Source: Bacteroidota bacterium (GTDB taxonomy: Bacteria > Bacteroidota > Ignavibacteria > Kapaibacteriales > HRBIN21). From it: DNA of 64,000 nt. The stretch covers positions 124,792-188,791 of the forward strand of contig JAUQPL010000002.1 in the NCBI GenBank assembly GCA_030550395.1, given 5' to 3'. This document shows positions 60,423-64,000 of this stretch, in pieces. The translations under genes were made by a program, and so were the position numbers. Below the pieces are notes generated by a model. That model searched no databases. It was not told the DNA's origin and saw only the letters and a program-made list of their open reading frames with translations. The stretch's first letter is position 1. Every line of letters begins with the position of its first letter.

Positions 60423-61176
60423 GTTGAGAGCGATACCACCACTTGGCCATCGTGAGGATTATGTTCACGCTGTCTAGCCATGCTGCCAGGAATCCCGGAA
60501 AGCCATCACGAAAACCACCCCAAAGACAGTAGCGCTCAAGGAAACGTCGCAGTGAACGCCATATGCCCTGTCGGAGGAACACCGACGTTCGGAATTGCCC
60601 ATATTGTTGACAGAGGTGCTGTGCCAAGAAGTCGGTGTCCCGGTCCACCTTTGCCAGATACTGGGAGAGCGTCCGGTACGGGAAGTGTTCCAGCGGATTG
60701 TTGAGATATCCTACAGGACCACGGACCTGGAGGTACTCGTGAATATGCCCTTCGGGAAACGCACCATACCCGCGTCGGAATAGACGCAACTGATAATCGG
60801 GATACTGCCGTCCGTAGCGGAGAGGGTGTCCGAGAAACCAGTTGCGCCGAGGTACCCAGAACCCCTTCTCGGGTGGAGCTGTCGTGATGACTTTCCGGAT
60901 CTCTTCGGCCAATGCTGGGGGGACTCGTTCGTCGGCGTCTAAGGACAAGATCCATTCTCCGCGGGCTAACTGGAAGCAGCGGTTTTTGTTCACATTCAAG
61001 TTCGGTGTGTGCTCAGCGTAGTAGACCTGTGCTCCGTGTTTGGAGGCGATTTCTGCTGTGTTATCGGTGCTGCCGCAGTCTAACACAATGCGTTCATCTG
61101 CCCATGCAACGCTTTCCAATGCAGCTCCGATTTGCGAAGCTTCGTTCCGAGCGATCATGCATACAGAAAGGAGCAT
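60376..61176 (-). CDS. Family-2 glycosyltransferase (LPS-core type)
   Basis: Begins MLLSVCMIARNEA and contains LDCGSTDNT and SLDADER. The start is chosen just downstream of the upstream stop. The 3' end overlaps the aspS start by 35-47 nt. Confidence 0.8.
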   Translation of the reverse strand: MLLSVCMIARNEASQIGAALESVAWADERIVLDCGSTDNTAEIASKHGAQVYYAEHTPNLNVNKNRCFQLARGEWILSLDADERVPPALAEEIRKVITTAPPEKGFWVPRRNWFLGHPLRYGRQYPDYQLRLFRRGYGAFPEGHIHEYLQVRGPVGYLNNPLEHFPYRTLSQYLAKVDRDTDFLAQHLCQQYGQFRTSVFLRQGIWRSLRRFLERYCLWGGFRDGFPGFLAAWLDSVNIILTMAKWWYRSQHEPSHALPETDRVLR

Positions 61177-61181
61177 GCCCT

Positions 61182-63227
61182 TTACGGGAGAGGTAGCACC
61201 GTGTGATATTCCTTGTTCCCAGCTTGGAGTCGGAGCATATACGTGCCGGAGGCGAGAGCAGGGAGGGGAAGAATAAGGGAGGACGTCGGAGAGGAAGTTG
61301 TCCAGTATCCAAGACACCGCCCCAGCAGATTGTATATCTGGAGCCTGACGGTAGTAGGCTCAGGCAAGCGGAGTTGCAGCTCTCCGTTGGCAATGCGGAG
61401 AATAACGGACGGGGAATAGGATTCCGATATTCCGACAATCAGTTGATACCATGCCCCGCGCCAAGTCCCTGCTATAAGGAGTGAGCCCAGCTCTAAGAGA
61501 GCTTGGATGGGAAGCCCATCCCCAACGATGCCCAAGGAATGCCATGTCGAGCCATTGTCAGAAGAGCGGAAAATCTCTCCCTCTAATGTCCCGGCATACC
61601 ATGTCTGAGAGGCAGTGCCGGCGATAAGGGTTGTGAGTCCACGTCCCAGGAGCTCGTCGGCTTCCAGAGTCTGCCATGAGGAACCGCCATCTGTGCTGCG
61701 ATAGAGTGCTCCTGTTCGAGAGTTGGGGAGTGCCGAGCAGGCCAGTATCTGTGGTGTTGCCGGATGAAAGCTCAGCAAGTAGCAACTTCCCCCAGGGTAA
61801 CTTGTCAGAGGGCTCCAGGAACTTCCGCCGTCGTGGCTATATAGAATTCCGTCCGTGCCGAAGGCATAAAAGGTATCCCCGTGGCGCTCGAGGAAGCTGA
61901 CCTGATAAGCAAAGGAGGGTGTTTCCCAGGTGGCTCCACCATCTGTGGATCGAAGGAGTTCGCCGAACTCAGACAGTGCCAAGATAGTATCCCCGGAAGG
62001 AGAGGCGGCGAGTGCGACGATGGTGCCTACAGCTGGAAGTACTTCCGCGACAGTGGACCATTGACCGGAGGAGCGTCGGTAACGGTAGATGCCTATGCGA
62101 GTACTCACAAGGAGTCCATCCTGGAGCAGGGTCATAGCGGTGATAGTTGCTGGCTTGGGAAGAGAAAGGGAGATGTTATCAAGTCCTGCGATATCGGTAT
62201 CGGACCAGAAGATTCCACTGGGACCTCCGAGAAGGAAGCTGTACTCGGAGCGGAGCATTCGGGTAATTGGTGGGGCATCCATGCCGGTCCGTAGCGGTTG
62301 CCACTGTGGCTGAGGAAGCCATCGGTACAGCTCAATTCCTCGGAGTTCTGAGCCTACCAAGAGCCGATCGGGACCAACTGGAAGAACGGCCGTAATGTGG
62401 TCAGTGAATCCAGTGTATATGGTTTCCCAGGTGTTGTTTGGTCGGAATAATAAGAGTGCTCCAGGAGCGACAGCGACGACGGAGCTGCCGAAGGCAAAGA
62501 GAGCACGAGGAGGCGTTGGAGCTGCAGTTGCAGTCCAGCTGATGCCGTCGCTGCTGTGGTAGACAGTATCACCGATGAGCACAAAGAGGCGGGGTTCAAT
62601 ACCGCCGGTGACAGCTAGACTTTGCACCGATTGGCGGGGTAGTTTAGATGGCACAGCTTCCCATGTTACACCCCCGTCGGTGCTACGGAAAAGCCCGTCG
62701 CTACTCCAGGCGAGCACGTCGTCGAGGGCTCCGAAGGGACATGCTGCGAAAAGAGTTCCTCCAGGTAATGTCATTGGTTGCCAGGATGCTCCGGCATCCG
62801 TGCTACGCCAGAGCATTTGCCCTCGCATAGCGGCAATGACATTAGCGTAAACTGGGTGCACCCACAGACGCACACGGCGGTCGGATAGAATCGGATGGGT
62901 CTGTGCCCAGTTGGCACCTTCGTCCGTGCTGCGCCATAGTCCATAGGGTGTCACAGCCAGCAATGCCTCAGTAGCGCCCTGGCTTGCTAGGGCCAGCGTG
63001 TATGTTGAAAAGGGAAGTGAGGTTACAGCAGTCCAAGCAGCTCCTACTGTAGGGGCGGTATAAAGTATCCACTCAGTGCTGACCCATAAGCGCCCCGTGC
63101 GGGTAGACTGTTGGACCACAATGGGTGTGGCGGATTCTAAGCGGCTGGTGATGCGTACCCAGCCTTGTGCCCACAGTTCAAGGCCGAGCAGAAGTATGAC
63201 CCCTGAGCGGAATGCCGATCCTTTCAT
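61182..63227 (-). CDS. Secreted BNR/Asp-box repeat beta-propeller protein with T9SS C-terminal domain
   Basis: 681 aa with a signal peptide. At least 8 Asp-box motifs are present (STDEGANW, STDAGASW, STDGGVTWE, SSDGISW, STDGGATWE, SHDGGSSW, STDGGSSWQ, SSDNGSTW). The C-terminal tail reads ...GTYMLRLQAGNKEYHTVLPLP. Confidence 0.7.
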   Translation of the reverse strand: MKGSAFRSGVILLLGLELWAQGWVRITSRLESATPIVVQQSTRTGRLWVSTEWILYTAPTVGAAWTAVTSLPFSTYTLALASQGATEALLAVTPYGLWRSTDEGANWAQTHPILSDRRVRLWVHPVYANVIAAMRGQMLWRSTDAGASWQPMTLPGGTLFAACPFGALDDVLAWSSDGLFRSTDGGVTWEAVPSKLPRQSVQSLAVTGGIEPRLFVLIGDTVYHSSDGISWTATAAPTPPRALFAFGSSVVAVAPGALLLFRPNNTWETIYTGFTDHITAVLPVGPDRLLVGSELRGIELYRWLPQPQWQPLRTGMDAPPITRMLRSEYSFLLGGPSGIFWSDTDIAGLDNISLSLPKPATITAMTLLQDGLLVSTRIGIYRYRRSSGQWSTVAEVLPAVGTIVALAASPSGDTILALSEFGELLRSTDGGATWETPSFAYQVSFLERHGDTFYAFGTDGILYSHDGGSSWSPLTSYPGGSCYLLSFHPATPQILACSALPNSRTGALYRSTDGGSSWQTLEADELLGRGLTTLIAGTASQTWYAGTLEGEIFRSSDNGSTWHSLGIVGDGLPIQALLELGSLLIAGTWRGAWYQLIVGISESYSPSVILRIANGELQLRLPEPTTVRLQIYNLLGRCLGYWTTSSPTSSLILPLPALASGTYMLRLQAGNKEYHTVLPLP

Positions 63228-64000
63228 GGATGATGCACCTCTGGTGCAGGGCGATACACGGCTCGGCGGGAGAGGAAGTCAGCAATGCGCTGGAGTGCTT
63301 CTTGGATATTTTCCACAGAGTTGGCGTATGAGAAGCGAACGAAACCTTCTCCGTATGATCCAAAGGCAGTGCCGCTCAGGCATGCTACACCGGCTTCGGT
63401 GAGCAGAGCTTCGGCAAATTCGCGCGAGCTAAGTCCTGTCCCTTCAATGTTAGGGAAGGTGTAGAAGGCTCCTTCAGGGCGGACGCACGTAATACCTGGT
63501 AGCTGGTTTAGGCCATCCACGAGGATATCGCGCCGGCGTTGAAATTCCTCCACAAAGCGACGCACAGCGGGGAGTGTGCGCTCTTGAAGTGCTTCCAGTC
63601 CAGCAATTTGGGTGAACGTTGCTGTACAGCTGGTGCAGTTCGTCTGCAATCGGGCTACGACTTCAGCAATGTGCTCAGGCATGAGACCATAACCAATGCG
63701 CCAACCGGTCATGGCGAATGTCTTGGAGAAGCCGTCCAGCACGATGGTGCGTTCCTTCATTCCCTCAAACTCTACGATGCTGACATGGCGTACCCCATCA
63801 TAGAGAATTTGCGAGTAGATCTCATCGCTGAAAACAATAAGGTTGTGTCTGATAGCGAGCTCGGCGATTTGTTCCAGCTCTTCAGAACGGAGCACGCTGC
63901 CGGTTGGATTATGGGGGCTGTTGAGCACCAGCATGCGGGTTCGGGGAGTAATGCGGGCTTCAATATCGGCGACGCTAATCCGGAAGTGGTGTTCCTGGCG
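63224..64000 (-). CDS. Class I/II PLP-dependent (aspartate-type) aminotransferase; N-terminus lies beyond the window edge
   Basis: Contains NSPHNPTG and the PLP lysine in FSKTFAMTGWRIGY. The reading frame stays open to the window edge. Confidence 0.85.
   Translation of the reverse strand, partial: RQEHHFRISVADIEARITPRTRMLVLNSPHNPTGSVLRSEELEQIAELAIRHNLIVFSDEIYSQILYDGVRHVSIVEFEGMKERTIVLDGFSKTFAMTGWRIGYGLMPEHIAEVVARLQTNCTSCTATFTQIAGLEALQERTLPAVRRFVEEFQRRRDILVDGLNQLPGITCVRPEGAFYTFPNIEGTGLSSREFAEALLTEAGVACLSGTAFGSYGEGFVRFSYANSVENIQEALQRIADFLSRRAVYRPAPEVHHP

Overview
This is a tightly packed chromosomal window with about 55 protein-coding genes. By eye I found no rRNA, tRNA, CRISPR array, transposase, integrase or recognisable defence or prophage module. 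GC content looks moderately high but was not computed.

Lineage clues point to the FCB superphylum (Bacteroidota / Ignavibacteriota / Rhodothermota-like). Two large secreted proteins end in type-A T9SS C-terminal sorting domains. At least six intergenic regions carry the Bacteroidetes-type -7 promoter motif TAnnTTTG at the right distance from start codons.

Most content is housekeeping: rsmA, purA, secDF, gyrB, mutS, aspS, hrcA-grpE-dnaJ, coaD, rsmD, lpxB and other LPS genes.

Regions I consider worth a second look:
1. One transcription unit holds a class-II amidotransferase, nuoL, nuoM, a beta-propeller lipoprotein and nuoN. It has no nuoA-K, and the lipoprotein gene is translationally coupled between nuoM and nuoN.
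2. A minimal clade-II N2O-reductase cluster (nosZ-B-L-D-F-Y) has no cytochrome c, nosG/H or nosR. NosZ carries a lipobox, a strong intrinsic terminator follows nosZ, and a phased 11-bp direct repeat lies in its promoter region.
3. A contiguous set of genes encodes a LytTR response regulator, a soluble TPR-LytS kinase, a lipoprotein, a TonB-dependent receptor and an orphan ABC-2 permease.
4. PolX has lost its palm-domain catalytic aspartates (E/T/E) while its PHP domain looks intact.
5. An RluB-type pseudouridine synthase has Glu in place of the catalytic Asp.
6. A GH2-like ectodomain is fused to a polytopic membrane domain.
7. A PilM-like orphan gene lies between comEA and rsmD.

None of these can be confirmed as a novel system from sequence alone. 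Because the genome is so compact, gene adjacency is weak evidence of shared function.
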